Assembly (NCBI GenBank): GCA_951406725.2
Contig: OX597824.1
Coordinates: forward strand, 8,246,001-8,310,000
Length of the DNA stretch: 64,000 bases
Reading direction: 5' to 3'
Origin: Octopus vulgaris
Taxonomy: Eukaryota
The stretch's first letter is position 1, and each line of letters opens with the position of its first letter. A model generated the notes under the pieces. That model worked only from the letters and a program-made list of their open reading frames with translations. It was not told where the DNA came from and did not search any database. A program made the translations under genes and the position numbers. Positions 11,177 to 25,462 of the stretch are shown piece after piece.

Positions 11177-13269
11177 TTAAAGGCTTAAAATATCGAATTA
11201 ACAACAAACCTTATTAACCCTAACCCAGGCTGTCGTATACATATACAGCTCTTCTTAATGCAAGAATGAAGGAAAAAATCTTTACTTGTAAAGGTGTCTT
11301 TTACATAAATTGGCAAATACAGTGTGGGTGTGTGTGCATGGGAGAGAGAGAGATAGAGAGAGATCAGGAACCCAACCCCTTTAAAATCTCAAGACCCCTG
11401 TAAAAACTGTACGCTGAATGACAGTTTCTGTTTCCTTTCATGATTTAGATACTTCACCACTTGTTAAACTTGATACAAGAAGCTCCTTGATTAAATATAG
11501 ACAGGAAGTCACTATTTCAATAACAGGAAAACCAAGTATTCTAACTATGAAGGAGCCGCTATCACACCATGACAACCAGTGAAGAAGAGCAAAATGTACT
11601 TTCACAACCATCAGATAGTTGGGGGTTGTTTTTTATTTTTTTTTTTTTTGTTACAGACTTGTCACTGTCAGACAGCAGCCAACCAAAAATTGTGGTTTAG
11701 CTATTTTAGAGCACATGTTAGAAGGAATACGGATTAAGTGGGCGAACCTCCCACATATCGAAGAAGGCAGAAAATTTTTAAATGCTTTACACTACTTAAA
11801 ACAGCATTACAAAACGAAATATAAAAAAAAAAATTAAAATAAAAATAAAATATATATATAAAATGAAAATCTCTAATAACGGAAGCCCTATTTATACAGA
11901 ACAACTAAGGAAAGTAAAAGAAAACAGACAGTCTTGTAATACACCTGCTACAGTTCCATGTGAAGCCGTTTCAAGTCAAAGCAAGGGAGATAAGTTATGC
12001 CATGCAGTGAAATAGTGAAACATTATCTAAATACAACGAATTTAGAACTAATTTTTGCAGTTGTTTTCTCTACTTGAAATACAGCCTGTTTGATGCTTAG
12101 AAGAAATCGGCCTCACCTTTGACACTTGTCCAGCATGAACAAATAGATAAAACAGTAATTCAGTAATTAAAATGTTAAGTATAAATTAGTCACTCGAATC
12201 ATCATCATTTTAAAATCCACCTTTCCATGTCTGCAGGGGTCACATGGGGGGTTTACTGTGGCAGATTTTTGCTACAGCGGGATGCCCTTCCTGCTGCCAA
12301 CCCTAACCCTAATTCCAAACGAAATAATATTTTCCCATGGCCAGACATGCTTTTGCAGAATATTGGAAACGAATGACACGATATCAAATCAAAGACACAC
12401 ACACACACACACACAGACACCAGGCTTTCTTTATCCACCAAATCTACTCATAAATGCTTAGGTTGACCCAGGGCTGAAGTAGGAGACACTTTCGCAAAGC
12501 AGTACACAGTGGGACAGAACCAAAACCATGTGGCTGGGAAGTAAACTTCACACACACACACACACACACAAACTAATTAGTGAAAAAATAAAATTTAATT
12601 TGAGAAATATTCTATATTACTAATTCCATTACATGAGCAAAACATGCCATAAGTCTCATATCTGCTAAACCCAGATACAAACACATTAAATTTATTTTAA
12701 TCTCTAGAACTGGAGAAAGACAAAAACTGCAGCAAGGTAGCAGAATCATGAGAACAGAGCATCAGATAAAATTACTTCTGACACCAAGCGTTCTGAGTTC
12801 ATATCCTACAATAGTCAACTTTGCCTTCATTTGAAAGTCTATTACATCAACCCCAGTACTCAACTGGTACTTATTTTATTGATCTCGGAAGGATATAAGG
12901 CAAAGTCAGCCACAGCAGAATTTGAACTCAGAATATAAAAGATGGACAAAATACTGTGAAGTACTAATCGAGGGAGATGTAAAAACCTTAAGAACATTGG
13001 CCTGGGGTCACTTGCAGTGTATGTTCCAGTTCAAATCCCTTCATGGTCCACTCGAGTTGCCCAGTTTATAACACTTGGGGGTGCACTCTGTGGCAAGCAG
13101 TCACATTAGGTCTCCAATTTAAGGGCACTTTCTTCTCTATACCGACCCCACAAATAATAGAGACCCTGTGAAGGGTGATGGGTGCTGCCTTCTCTTGACT
13201 AAAAGATGTAAAAAAGGAAGAAAAAAATCTTTAAACAATATTTTGTAGAGAAAGTCTGCAATAGATGCT

Positions 13270-13610
13270 AACATAGCTGTATGGTTAAGAAGCTTGACTT
13301 ATAACCACATGGTTCCAGGTTCAGTTCCACAGTGTGGCACCTTCTTGAGCAAGTGTCTTCTATTATAGCCCTGGAACAACCAATGCCTTGTGGGTGAATT
13401 TGGTTGACAGAAACTGCATGGAAGCCTGTCAGATGTGTGAGGTGGGGTGTCTTCATGCTTGTTTACAATCCTGTAACTTAGCAAATTGGCGAAATAAACT
13501 GATAAGGTACCATACTTTTAAAAAACTATAGGAGAGTCAATTTCTCCGACTAAACTTTTAACAGTGGTACCTCAGCATGGCCACAGTCCTATGACTGAAA
13601 CAAATAAGAA
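13270..13610 (+). mobile_element. tRNA-SINE family A, old copy
   Basis: accacatggttccaggttcagttccac...cagcatggccacagtc..atgactgaaacaa. Confidence 0.75.
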
Positions 13611-13671
13611 AAAAATACATACTTTGTAAAAGTTGATTCTAACACAATAGACTTTCTAATTTCTTAATGCA

Positions 13672-13811
13672 TTAGGAAGGGCATCCAGCTGTAGAAACTC
13701 TGCCAGATCAGATTGGAGCCTGGCGCAGCCATCTGGTTCGCCAGTCCTCAGTCAAATCGTCCAACCCATGCTAGCATGGAAAGCAGGCGTTAAACAATGA
13801 TGATGGTGATG
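13672..13811 (+). mobile_element. RTE LINE 3' end (5'-truncated)
   Basis: ttaggaagggcatccagctgtagaaac...acccatgctagcatggaaag...(gat)n tail. Confidence 0.75.
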
Positions 13812-14413
13812 TCTGTAAATATTACACCAATTCACCCACCAGAAAAAAGAAAGAACGAAAATAATCTACTGGAAACATCCTCTCTTCACAAACACATTGC
13901 AAAAGCCCACTTTTAGTAAATATAATTACAAAATGCCCATCAGTTATATTTGGTGTGTGCTGAAGCAAAAAAGTTAGCATATGGTGAGTCTTATGCCATG
14001 TGGATCACAGTGAATCTTCAAATGGCAGACGCATCTCTCTGAGTAAACAATGTTCACCACCTAAGATACAGAACGAGTGGGTGTTTAATATTGAGAAAAG
14101 TGTCTGCTTCCTCACAACAGCCAGTTCACTCACCAATTCAATCATATTGTTGTTGTTTGTTCCTTCTCGAGCCACGCCTGGCTCATAAGAGCCGGTTTCC
14201 CAGCTTCTTTGGCGTATAGGTTCCCCAAAATGGTCATAAAATTGGTGGTGATGATGATGCTTAAGTACTTTAGTTTGTCTCAGGTTTAATACAATGCTGT
14301 GAAAAGCTACAATTTACATAATATAGTTTCCCCGTTATCCATCTAACCCATATTATCACAGAAAAATGGTCATTAATGGACAAAGCTGCAAGGAAAATGG
14401 TAAAAAATGGACA

Positions 14414-14632
14414 AGGCAGCGAGCTGGCAGAAACGTTAGCACGCTGGGCTAAATGCTTAGTGGTATTTCGTCTACCGTTATGTTCGGAGTTCAAATTCCG
14501 CTGAGGTTGACTTTGCCTTTCATCCTTTCGGGGTCGATAAATTAAGTACCAGTTACGCACTAGGGTCGATGTAATCGACTTAATCCCTTTGTCTGTCCTT
14601 GTTTGTCCCCCCTGTGGGGAATAAAGAAATAA
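14414..14632 (+). mobile_element. tRNA-SINE family B
   Basis: ggcagcgagctggcagaaacgttagc...gagttcaaattcc...gcctttcatcctttcggggtcgataaattaagtaccag...aaagaaata. Confidence 0.85.
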
Positions 14633-15459
14633 GAAAAATGGTCATTAATATTTCGAGGTGCAAGCATGGTTGTGAGCATACAGAATTCTTTTAGTCACCA
14701 AATGCTCTAGACAACAAGCTGGCAGAGTCATTAGCAAACCAGGCGAAATGCTTACCAGTATTTTGTCCATCTTTTATATCCTGAGTTCAAATTCCACTGT
14801 AGCTAACTTTGCCTTATATCCTTTCGAGGTCGATAAAATAAGTTGAGTACTGAGGGTCAATGTAATAGGCTTAACTACTCCTGGATAGAGTATAAAAACT
14901 GCACAGCTCTGACAATCCATGTGAAGCCAGTGTGGCAGAGTAGGATAATCAAACCAATAGGATTTCAAGCTCAAATTCATGGCCCCACATCAGACCTGTG
15001 GTTGACGGACAGAACATGCTGAGGCCTTCGTTCTGCAGTGGACTGGACATGAACAGGCTCTTAAGTACTGTCTCAATACAGAACAACTGGAGACAAGCAG
15101 CTTCTACTGTCGTCTTAGGCTGACCAATGCCTTGTTGGTGAAATTAGCAGACAGAATATGCATAACAACTTGTGTGTGTGTGTGCGGAAAAGTTCCTGGT
15201 TTTAAGGGTATTGCACAAGGCCTAGTCAGAAGCCCAACCTGCCAAGTTCTTTTACAGGGCTTAGAAAAACTAAAGGGCAGCTGCAATAAGCATGTGAATC
15301 TGAGAAGGGATCATCATCATCATCGTTTAACATCCGTTTTCCATGCTGGCATGGGTTGGATGGGATATGTGGAATATAATCATAATTAACTGATCCTCGT
15401 GTATTTTCTTTTACCCAAAGCCACAAACTTTTCAGCATACTCTCGTGTGTGTGTGTATA

Positions 15460-15746
15460 CCAAAGTACAAATATATGGGAAATTCCCACCTGTATCATCT
15501 CTTGTGAAAGGTAGAAGAGTCCAGTTTGCTGGACATTGTTGTAGAGCTGAAAACGAGATAATTTCTACTTTTCTCCTCTGGAAACCATCCGCTCGCGATA
15601 CCAGAGGGCGCTTACTCTCCTACCCTGATGTAATCTCCAGCGATACAGGCATCCAGCAACAGGACCTCCGTAATGCTATGATGGATCGTGAAGTCCGGTG
15701 TAACATAGTAAATTCCATTGTCTCGACTACGGTCGAACAATGATGA

Positions 15747-15750
<4 letters not shown>
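15460..15750 (+). mobile_element. RTE/RTE-X LINE ORF C-terminus and tail
   Basis: ...RRVQFAGHCCRAENEIISTFLLWKP...SYPDVISSDTG...AMMDRE... then stop and (tga)n. Typical RTE-clade post-RT region. Confidence 0.8.
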
Positions 15751-15789
<39 letters not shown>

Positions 15790-17581
15790 TATATATACAT
15801 ACACACGTATTGTGTGTGTATATTTTGCAGTCTTTTGACCCATCCAGATGAGTAATACTCCCAAATATGTGCAGACTACAACTGTCGTAAACCATCTAGT
15901 CCATGCCAAGGTGGAGAGCGGACAGGCATGATGATTATGATGGTGTGCGTGTGTATCTTCATGAATGTTTATGCTCTACACTCCACATGAACCAGAAATC
16001 AGTGACATTTGTTCAAATTCCCAACCAAGCTGCCAAAAATGAAACTGAAACACGTGGTCCTCCAACCCATACAAGCAATGAAAAGCAGACGTAAAACAAT
16101 GATGAGAATGCGAAGAGAAATTAAGAAGAGCCGAATAATTGCTGAATGTGCAATACGCATTTGGAAAGCGAACAGAAGAAAGCGCCAAAAGACAATATTT
16201 GAAAACAGCATCGGCAAAGATGGAACGGTGATAAATAGCAATGTCTATGGAATGAAAATATCGCACCACGAGATAACAATAAATGGAAAATAAGGTATAA
16301 AACAAACAAAGGTAGATTAGATTTCACATAGAAAATTAGGTTTCAATGATGAAAATGAAAAACAGCAGTGGAAATGATGGAAGCCATTCTACTGCCCACC
16401 CACTCTAAAATAGAACTAAAAATGTAGGATGAATGAAACAGAGATCTCAATTGGAACGTAAATCGTATTACATAATTACCTCAAATTTTAATTTGAAAGT
16501 ACAAAGAGGTAAAGAGCCACATGTGAAGGAATGAACAGCGAGATCAAATCCAACGCCCACACAGAGGAGAGAGGAAGATAAATATTAAGACAAGTGAAGA
16601 GATGATGTGACACACTGAAATGGGAGGAATATTAAATGTTAGAGGCACGGCTGTATGGGGCTAAGAAATCAACTTCACAACCAAATGGTTTTGAGTTCAA
16701 TTTCACCGCGCTGCACCTTGGACAACTGTCTTTAGTCCAAAATCAACCAATACCTTGTGAGTGAATTTGATAGATGGAAACTGTAAGGAAGACTGTTGCA
16801 CACAAGCAAAAACATCCAAGTCCACCACAATATGGTAGACAGGGCATTTAGGGCTAAGATGGCTCAAAAAAGTAGCAGGCCTGTTAGAATTAGTTGCAGT
16901 GACAGAATATCTGGTCAAGTAGGACACAGGTTACTCATACGGTCAATCAGATAATACAAGAAACATAGGGATACAATATGGGTCTTCTGTTTCATTGAAT
17001 TTTGCCAAACCATCGAATCCAAGCTAGCATGGGGAAGATGGAATATTGATATTTTGTTTGATTCAGTTTGAGCAGAGCAGAGCTGATAGACATTCCTGCT
17101 GATATTATGACCAGCTGTTGCTCTATGCTTTCAAAAAGCTGTAGAATATATATAAAAAAAAAATCTCTTACCTGTAAAACGAGGGTTGGCAACAGGGAAA
17201 GCATCCATCGGTAAAATCCTATCTCAAAATCAGTTCCCATCTAAGCCATACTAGCATGGAAAACAGATATTAAATAAACAAACATCTCACAGGTAATTCA
17301 ATAATTACAACCAAAAAAAAAAAAACAAGAAAAAGGACCAATAGTTTAGGCTATCACAAACCTTAATGAAAGGGGAGTCTCAAAGAGACTGTCGTCCATC
17401 TCTCATATGAATGGCTTCCTATCAGAATACGTTGATGGGGCTCCCTAATCCAAACTCAATTTTGCTGATCACCAAGGTCCAGTTTAAAACGCACACCCTT
17501 TCACCTATGTATCAACATCTTATTTGCTGTCACCGGCACCATCAACAACAAGTGCTGACAGGTGGTGCCGCCTATCATTTC

Positions 17582-17813
17582 TTATTTCTTTATTGCCCAG
17601 AAGGGGCTAAATATACAGGGGACAAACAAAGACAGACAAAGGGATTAAGTCGATTACATCGACCCCACTGCATAGCTGGTGCTTAATTTATCGACCCTGG
17701 AAGGTTGAAAGGTAAAGTCGACCTCGGCAGAATTTGAACTCAGAACGTAACGACAGACGAAATACCGCTAAGCATTTCGCCCGGCGTGCTAACGTTTCTG
17801 CCAGCTCGCCGCC
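17582..17813 (-). mobile_element. tRNA-SINE family B, full length
   Basis: Monomer of the 9043-9822 unit. Flanks cctatcatttc / ccttatcattt resemble a TSD. Confidence 0.85.
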
Positions 17814-18737
17814 TTATCATTTCTCCCTAACTTTTCACACCCGAGTGTCATGCATATGCAGCCATGACATTTTGCATAAAACCTACAAGTTCATGAAGGG
17901 TCTTCATGTTTGTGTTACCCCCACCACCACTGCTTGACAATCAGTGTTGGTTTGTTTACATCCCTATAACTTAGCAGCTCAACAATAGAAACCAACAGAA
18001 TAAGCACCAGGCTTTAAAACAAATTTTTTTTTTTAAATAACGAAGTAAATTTGTTCAACTAAAACCCTTCAAGGGATGCTCCAGCATGGCTGCAGTCTAA
18101 AGACAAAACAAAGATGAAATTTTGTGTGAAGGTTTCATTCAATTTACAACCACTTTCAGGTGGTTTGTATCAAAGAAGCAGCAGCAGTTACCGGCTGGTT
18201 GGTATCAAAATGGTTAATTTCCTAACCTACACAGTTAATAGATTAGCAGGGTAAGACTTAACTTAAAATTACTAAATGGTATTCATTTAGTTATTTTTTT
18301 CTTTTCCACTCCACACATTGGCAGTTCAGTATGTTAATAGGTTGTTAGCTTGCTGCAGATGTTGCACCATTTTACCTTGATGAGGTAATTAACTCAATTA
18401 GCATAAAGCTGCATGTAAAATTCCCAATATTTCTTGAAACGATAGTTTAAAGGGAAGATTATGTAAATTAAATGTGACAAAACAAAGTTTGAGGCTGAAC
18501 AATGAAATGATTCTGTAAGAGAGGTTTGTGTAATGCAAAATGGATTTTCTCACCGATTCTGTGAGAAAAAAGTTTCGCATTATGAAACCCCATGTTTGCA
18601 GCAAGATTTTCAAGAGCACAATGCCTCTGTAATGAGGCCAACACTTGCAAGAACAATTGCACATCCCAAAAATGTCCTTCATTTAAGACTGACAACAATA
18701 CTTATTTCACAGTTCTAAAACCATATTTAGAATAAAA

Positions 18738-19128
18738 CTAGCAGTATCGCCCGGCGTTGCTCGGGTTTGTTTCGACCCTTCAGAATTGGAATTTTTGAAA
18801 AGTAAAAATTTTGCATTATGTAGCTTGTTATTCTCTCTTTAAACATTTTTCTGGTTAAAATACACCGAAAAATGGCGACACAGCAGTCAAAAAATCGTAA
18901 AAAATAGGAATTTTCATAGAAAAAAAAACACCTTTTTGATGTAAATAATTTTTGGTGTTAACATGGTCTGATTTGAATTTTTTCTTCTACAGAAAGAACA
19001 GCAAGCCTTCTTTTATCATTCTCTCAATTTTGGTCAACTTGTGCCGCAGGGTCTCAGAGGAGATAGTGTTAGTTGAAGGCTACCAAACCTGCCATACACA
19101 GACAACCTCAGCTTTATATACAGAGAGA
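18738..19128 (-). mobile_element. non-autonomous Helitron, copy 1
   Basis: Minus strand A|TC 5' end; 3' hairpin CCCG-agcaacgc-CGGG followed by CTAG|T. Confidence 0.85.
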
Positions 19129-20058
19129 TTGCTATAAAAGATTTATCCAAAACTAACTTCATTACAAAGCTGGTGTTTGCAACATGAATTTTTCAAAATG
19201 GCCAGGTTCATAGCAGAGAACCAAGGGAAGTCAGAAGCAGGTTGGAAGCATCGTGGTTGTTAGCGTTTCCATGATTAATGACAGACTGCCAATGGACTTC
19301 AGCTAATTTTCAGTAGAATCAACATTTAGGTATGGCTAACAATAAGGCACAGGTATGGTTGTGTGTTTGAGAAGTTTGCTTCCCAACTACATGGTTCCAG
19401 GTTCAGTCCTACTGCATGGTACCCTCAGACAAATGTCTTCTATGGCCTCAGGCCAACCAAAGCCCAGTGAGAGCATTTTATGAATGGAAAATGAAAGCAG
19501 CTCACTTGTGTGTTTGCGCCTCTCTGTCTTTACATTGTGTAAAGGTTGTGAAAGAGCGTCGCCATCGTACAGTTTCCAGTCTTCCATGGAAACATGTCCA
19601 ACCAAGCAGGACTGTGGAGTTGAACCAAAAAACTTTGACTGACTGATTCCGGTTCCTCTTTATGTAATCAAGTGATTGTGGTCTACATATCTCATAAACG
19701 CAAGCATATGCATACCCTTGTACTTTGAGTAGGCCTTTATGTTATAACTGGTTTATATTAAAGAATAAAGATATTGTGAGTCAGAGTCAATATAGTTTTA
19801 CTGACTCCAACTCTGACTCCAGCTACCCCTTAATTGTTTCTGACTCCAACTCCACGACTCCACAGACCTGCAGCCATGGAGAAATAGTTACCTCGGCTGT
19901 AAAACAGATGAGGGTTGGTGACAGGAAGAACATCCAGCCATAGAAAAAAAACCAGCCTCAAAAAATTCTTTCCAACTCATGCAATCATGGAAAAGTAGAC
20001 ATTGAAACAGCGGCGATGAAGAAGATTAGTAAAACAACCACAGTTATTTATCAGTATA

Positions 20059-20437
20059 CTAACAGCTAACCCTGGTTTCACCTGGTCTGTTTGGATGATG
20101 TGGTTATGATCGTTTTCGATTAGGCATAATTTATAACACCGTTTCTCAACCTTATTATTTTGGGTCCCCTGTTTTGATTGGAGCCTCCAGCTGTATGAAA
20201 ATTTCCTGACCCCACCCTGTCAGAAAACAGCTAAGCAACTGGTTGTTTTAATGGTGAAAGAAAGAGGGGAAATCCATTAGAAAAGGTTTTAATCGATTTT
20301 CTCGGTAAGTATGGGGTCTAGGTAAAAAATACAAACTGCATTCCAATCTATGCACCCGACTCCATATGTGTGCCGTTTGGCTGTGAACCTCAAGACAAGA
20401 AAGACAATGATCGCCCATGTCCAATTTATATTATAGA
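20059..20437 (-). mobile_element. non-autonomous Helitron, second family (degraded)
   Basis: Minus strand A|TCTATAATATAAA start; 3' decayed hairpin ccaggtgaaaccagg followed by TTAG|T. Confidence 0.55.
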
Positions 20438-20606
20438 TTAATGACTAGCATAACCAACTGAAAACTCACAACATTTATTTATGATTTTAATTTAGACAGT
20501 GACATTTTAGTACACATGACCGCAAGCAGGTAGCTGTATTATAATAAAATATTTTAAAAGGTAAAGCAAACAAACTAGTTCACAACTACTGTGTGAGCAG
20601 ATGTAT

Positions 20607-20651
<45 letters not shown>

Positions 20652-21084
20652 AATCACATAAAAAAAGAACAATTTTTTTTTTTAAATTCCTCATAGTATT
20701 CAACTAATATATTTATTTGTTCATCTGGATCTATTGTCTCCATAGCAATGCTACGTATTAAATTCTAAACTGCAAACTGATATGGCAGTCACACTAATGA
20801 TTTATTACAAACCTAAGCCAGATTATTGACCGAGAACTTGATCTGTGACTTTTACGTTCCTCAGTACGCTAACCACCACCACCACGATTAAACTACTGGC
20901 CAACACATTTTAGCACAAGATCAGAGGAAGAATATAGCTAAATCTGAAATGCTTAAACCAATTGATTGAAAGATAACCGTTTCCATTCTAGTCATCAAAG
21001 GACATTTTGTTGACACAAGAGGTCTTTTTCACACAATCACAAAATGCAAACACACAAACACACATATAATATATATCTTTATCT

Positions 21085-21365
21085 TTTAGTTTTACTTGCT
21101 TCAAGTATTCAACTACAGCCATGAACTGACCCCAGGACATTTTTTTTTAAAGCAGTCTCTTTTGCCAAGCCACTAGGTTACAGGGATGTGAACACATCAA
21201 TACTCGTTATGAAGAGGTGATTGGGGACAAACAGACACACTAAAACACACAAGCAGTTTCTGTCAACCAAATTCACTCACAAGACACTTGCCCAAGGTGC
21301 CACGCGGTGGGACTGAACCAGGAACCAGATGGCTGAGAAGTAAACCTTTTACTACACGGCCATGC
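21085..21365 (-). mobile_element. tRNA-SINE family A, deleted/old copy
   Basis: gacacttgcccaaggtgccacgcggtgggactgaacc head plus tail fragments. Confidence 0.7.
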
Positions 21366-21629
21366 TAAGAATTCTTTTTTAACTGGACCTGAGGGCAAAA
21401 ATAAAGCTATAAATAAAATGTAAACATGGGTTTAGAACCCCTTTTGGATAGGAAAAGCTGAAGGCTGTGGAACATGAACCACTATCTCTTGTAGGCATAA
21501 CAGCTGTTTCTATCCAAAAGGGCTTTTCATCCCAATATTTACATATTTATAGCTTTGTGCTTCGAGATCTAGTTCCAAAAAGGAATTATTATGTTTTCTC
21601 AAAAGTTTACAAATTCTTAAAACACACAC

Positions 21630-21671
<42 letters not shown>

Positions 21672-22235
21672 GATAGGCTTTGTACAGTTTCCATCTAGGA
21701 AATTCACTCACAAGGCATTGGTCAACCCAGGGTTGAACCAGAATACGTTTGCCCAAGAGATGCCATAAAAGACATGGGAATAATTGACAGAAAGGAGATT
21801 GAACTTCATAATGGGGATGGCAAGGGGCCACAACAAGCAGCAAAATGCATGAGGGTGAAGAAGACCCAATCAACGCATGCAAACAAGATGAACTAATCAT
21901 GAAATTAGGAGTATTGACAGAGGTAAAGAAAACATACACACCCCGTTTTCAGTGTAACAAAAACCCTAAACCCTAACCACTGGGTGTATGTATGTCTATT
22001 TTCCTATAACTTGCATGGATCAAATGCGATTTATTGGAGCAAATTTTCAAAGGCTAAAAGTTCTTCTGGTTTCTAGACAAAGTAATGTTTCTTTTAGTCT
22101 TTTAAACAATAAGCAGCACAATGGCTGGACATGCTTTCACAGAAAATTACAAACAAACAGTTGTTTTTGAAGATGATTGTCTACATTTACCATGTGATGC
22201 CAAGACAAGGAGATACAACACCCACATTACATATA

Positions 22236-22625
22236 CTAGCAGTATCGCCCGGCGTTGCTCGGGTTTGTTTCGACCCTTTAGAATTGGAATTTTTGAAAAG
22301 TAAAACTTTTGCATTATGTAGCTTGTTATTCTCTTTAAGTGAACATTTTTCTGGTTGAAATACACCAAAAAATGGCGATACAGCAGTGAAAAAATCATTA
22401 AAAAATAGGGATTTTCATAGAAGAAAAGCACCTTTTTGATGTAAATAATTTTTGGTGTTAACATGGTCCGATTTGAATTTTTTCTTCTACGGAATGAAGA
22501 GCAAGCCTTCTATCATACTCTCAATTTTTGTCAACTTGTGCCGCAGGGTCTCGGAGGAGATAGTGTTAGTTGAAGGCTACCAAACCTGCCACACACAGAC
22601 AACTTCAGCTTTATTTATATAGAGA
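22236..22625 (-). mobile_element. non-autonomous Helitron, copy 2
   Basis: Near-identical to 18738-19128, with the same TC...hairpin-CTAG termini in an AT target. Confidence 0.85.
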
Positions 22626-23528
22626 TACATATTCGCACACACTCACACACACACACACAATGGACTTCTTTCATTTCGCCACTACTAAAACTACTCACAA
22701 GGCTTTGGAACACTTGTGTGGGGGCTGTACGAAAAGACACTTGACCGAGATGCTTCACAACAGGACTGAACCTGAAACCATTTCTTGACAATGCAAGCTT
22801 CTTAACCACATAGCCATGCACCCCCACTACCACACCACACCACACACACACACACACACGAGGAAGCTGACTTAACAAATACAGACATGCCATGCAAATA
22901 TTCTATATATAATGGTGAAAAATACCATGACCTAGTGGTGTGAAATAGCAGAAATAGTTGGAGTGGAGTGGAAGGTAGACCAAAGGATCTATGGGATGAA
23001 GTAAATAGGTCAAACGTTTGAAGGGATGCCTACAAATTTCTTGAGCCTATTCCAGCATGAAAAAAAAAATCAATGTTAAAATGACGGCAATGTTAATAGG
23101 ATCTGTTCCTATAAAGGATTTTGTGACCCTTTTCCAAGAATACACAGGCTATGTTTCCATTAAGCTTCAAAGAATTCAGAAGTTTTACATCAAACAGCCA
23201 CAGACTTTGACAATATACCAAGCCAAAGAGCTTAAAATGATTCTTAATTAAAATAGCAATGGAAATTTAACTAATTAAATTGTCATACTTTAACCAAAAC
23301 TACAATTAAATATGAACACTTTAATATAAGGAGTTTTTTTTCAAGTTGGTAATATGAGACCCGAGCTTGTATTTAAAGCAAGTTGGTACTAAAAAAGTTT
23401 TAATTCCGTACATGACTTTTCTACAAGGTTCTTTATGTAAGTGTGATGTAAGTAAAATATACAACCAAATGGACAACTTTTCTAAATACCAATGAGATGA
23501 GAAGTGTAAGATGAAATTGTTGAATTTT

Positions 23529-23657
23529 AGGAGTGGCTGTGTGGTAAGTAGCTTGCTTACCAACCACATGGTTCTGGGTTCAGTCCCACTGCATGGCACC
23601 TTGGGCAAGTGTCTTCTACTATAGCCTCGGGCCGACCAAAGCCTTGTGAGTGGATTT
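23529..23657 (+). mobile_element. tRNA-SINE family A, 5' half
   Basis: aggagtggctgtgtggtaagtagcttgcttaccaaccacatgg...gccttgtgagtggattt. Confidence 0.8.
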
Positions 23658-24679
23658 CCTAGGAAACAGAGAGATTGATGCCAATAGAATTCTGCATCAT
23701 AACGTTGGTTACCAGATGTCTGTTGAAATGGTTTTGTTAAGCAGGTGTTTGAAACAAATTAACACGAGAAATATTAATGGAAGGTTTTAATTTAGAACAC
23801 TTTAAACTCAAAATTTGCATCAGAGAAATAGGGGCAGCCTCAGGTGGGCTGGTATGAAAAGGGTGAAACTTGCAGGTCAACACCTGCAGAAAGGACATGA
23901 GCAGGGAAGAGATTCTTGGTGGGGGTTGATGTTCTGTGTGTAGCAGTTAGTGCAGAGCCTGGTGATGGGAGAGAGGGAGCACAGCAAGGGGTCTTGAGTA
24001 GAGGGAGAGTTGGACAAGAGTACCAAAAGTGGGGAAGGCACAAAACCAAAAAACTCTGGAAAGCAGAATTCATGAATATTAGTGAAAATGAAAAGTAGAA
24101 AACACAACCATGTGATTTACGATTATTGAATTCTTCTCCAAGACTTTTATGCAAACTTATAATTCACCAAATGGAAATGAAATATGAAAGCTTGGAAATT
24201 ATTGCAAATATAAAGAAAGCCTTTAAACCTGTCAATACTAACCAGAGACGAAGGAGGAATGTTTTAACTTTTAATCCAAATTTGCTCTCTAAATTGACCG
24301 GAATTAAGAAACAAAGGAGGTTTGTATTTGAGCTAAACTGACTCAGCAGGCAAGTACTTAAGTTTCGAAACTTTCAAGTGTCATCACAGGTAAAATACGA
24401 CAAGCACAATTAAGTGTTCTGTCCAGGTGTCAAATTGTAAACACCAGCCTTCAATCTTTATATGCTGCAATTAACAGAAAAGCTTAATCATCTCTTTTGC
24501 CATAATGAGGACTCAGGTGAATTAGACATTAAGAAGACCACACAGATGAGGTTCAGGGTTAATAAAAGCCAAGCCAGATACAATCATCATCAGGGATGGT
24601 CTCATTGAAGTACCCGTTGTACAACAGTGACATGGTCCATGGAAACCAAATAAAGCTCAACATGACTATACATACAGGG

Positions 24680-25020
24680 GGCAGGATGGCTGTGTGGTTG
24701 AGAAGCACATGTAGCTTTGGATTCAATTTTATACATGTGGCATCTTGACCAAATGTCTTTTATTATACAGCCCAGGGCTAACCAAAACCATGTGAGTAAA
24801 TTTGATAAAGCAACTCTTACTTGTTTCAGTCATTTAACTGTGGCCATGTGGAGCACCACCTTTAGTCGAGCAAATTGACCCCAGGACTTATTCAGCAAAA
24901 GAGATCCATAGAATAAGTGCTAGGCTTACAAAGAATAAGTCCTAGGGTCGATTTGTTCGACTAAAGGCGGTGCTCCAGCATGGCAGCAGTCAAATGACTG
25001 AAACAAGTAAAATAATAAAA
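24680..25020. mobile_element. SINE A fragments including a fold-back of two 3' ends
   Basis: 24814-24892 is the reverse complement of 24932-25012. Confidence 0.8.
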
Positions 25021-25462
25021 GAACATCAATCAACATGTGGAAGACTGGAGATAAAGTTGAGGCTATGAAGGCCATTATGGAATGTCAGGGCATCTTGGTA
25101 TGGAAGAGTGGAATCGGTCATCTGACCAGACAGGACAGAAGAGTGGTACAAAAGCGGTGAAATGGCAGAGTTGTAATAACATAAAAGACAACGCTTTGCA
25201 GTGTCTGTTCTAGCTCTTTACAATGCAAGTTCAAATCCTGTAGAGGTTGTCAACTTTGACATTGGTTCTTGCAGGGGTCGATCATGTTATCATCCATAGC
25301 AATGGGTTAGTGGAAGAGTTAGATCAGTGGTCCTCAACTGGGGTTCATATAGCCCTTGAGGGGTCCTTATAAGATTTTGTGGTTAAAATTTATGTCCCAT
25401 ATACTGGTTATACTTCGACAAGACACAAAATATTTATTTTCTTTTTTTTAATTCCTAATATT

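Noticed and set aside
15976-16305. Overlapping 80-109 aa ORFs in non-repetitive-looking sequence
   Set aside because: No recognisable domain or convincing splice sites; at most a faint resemblance to decayed LINE sequence.
18398-18718. ORFs of 61-94 aa next to the Helitron (possible captured gene)
   Set aside because: They lie outside the CTAG terminus and show no recognisable homology.
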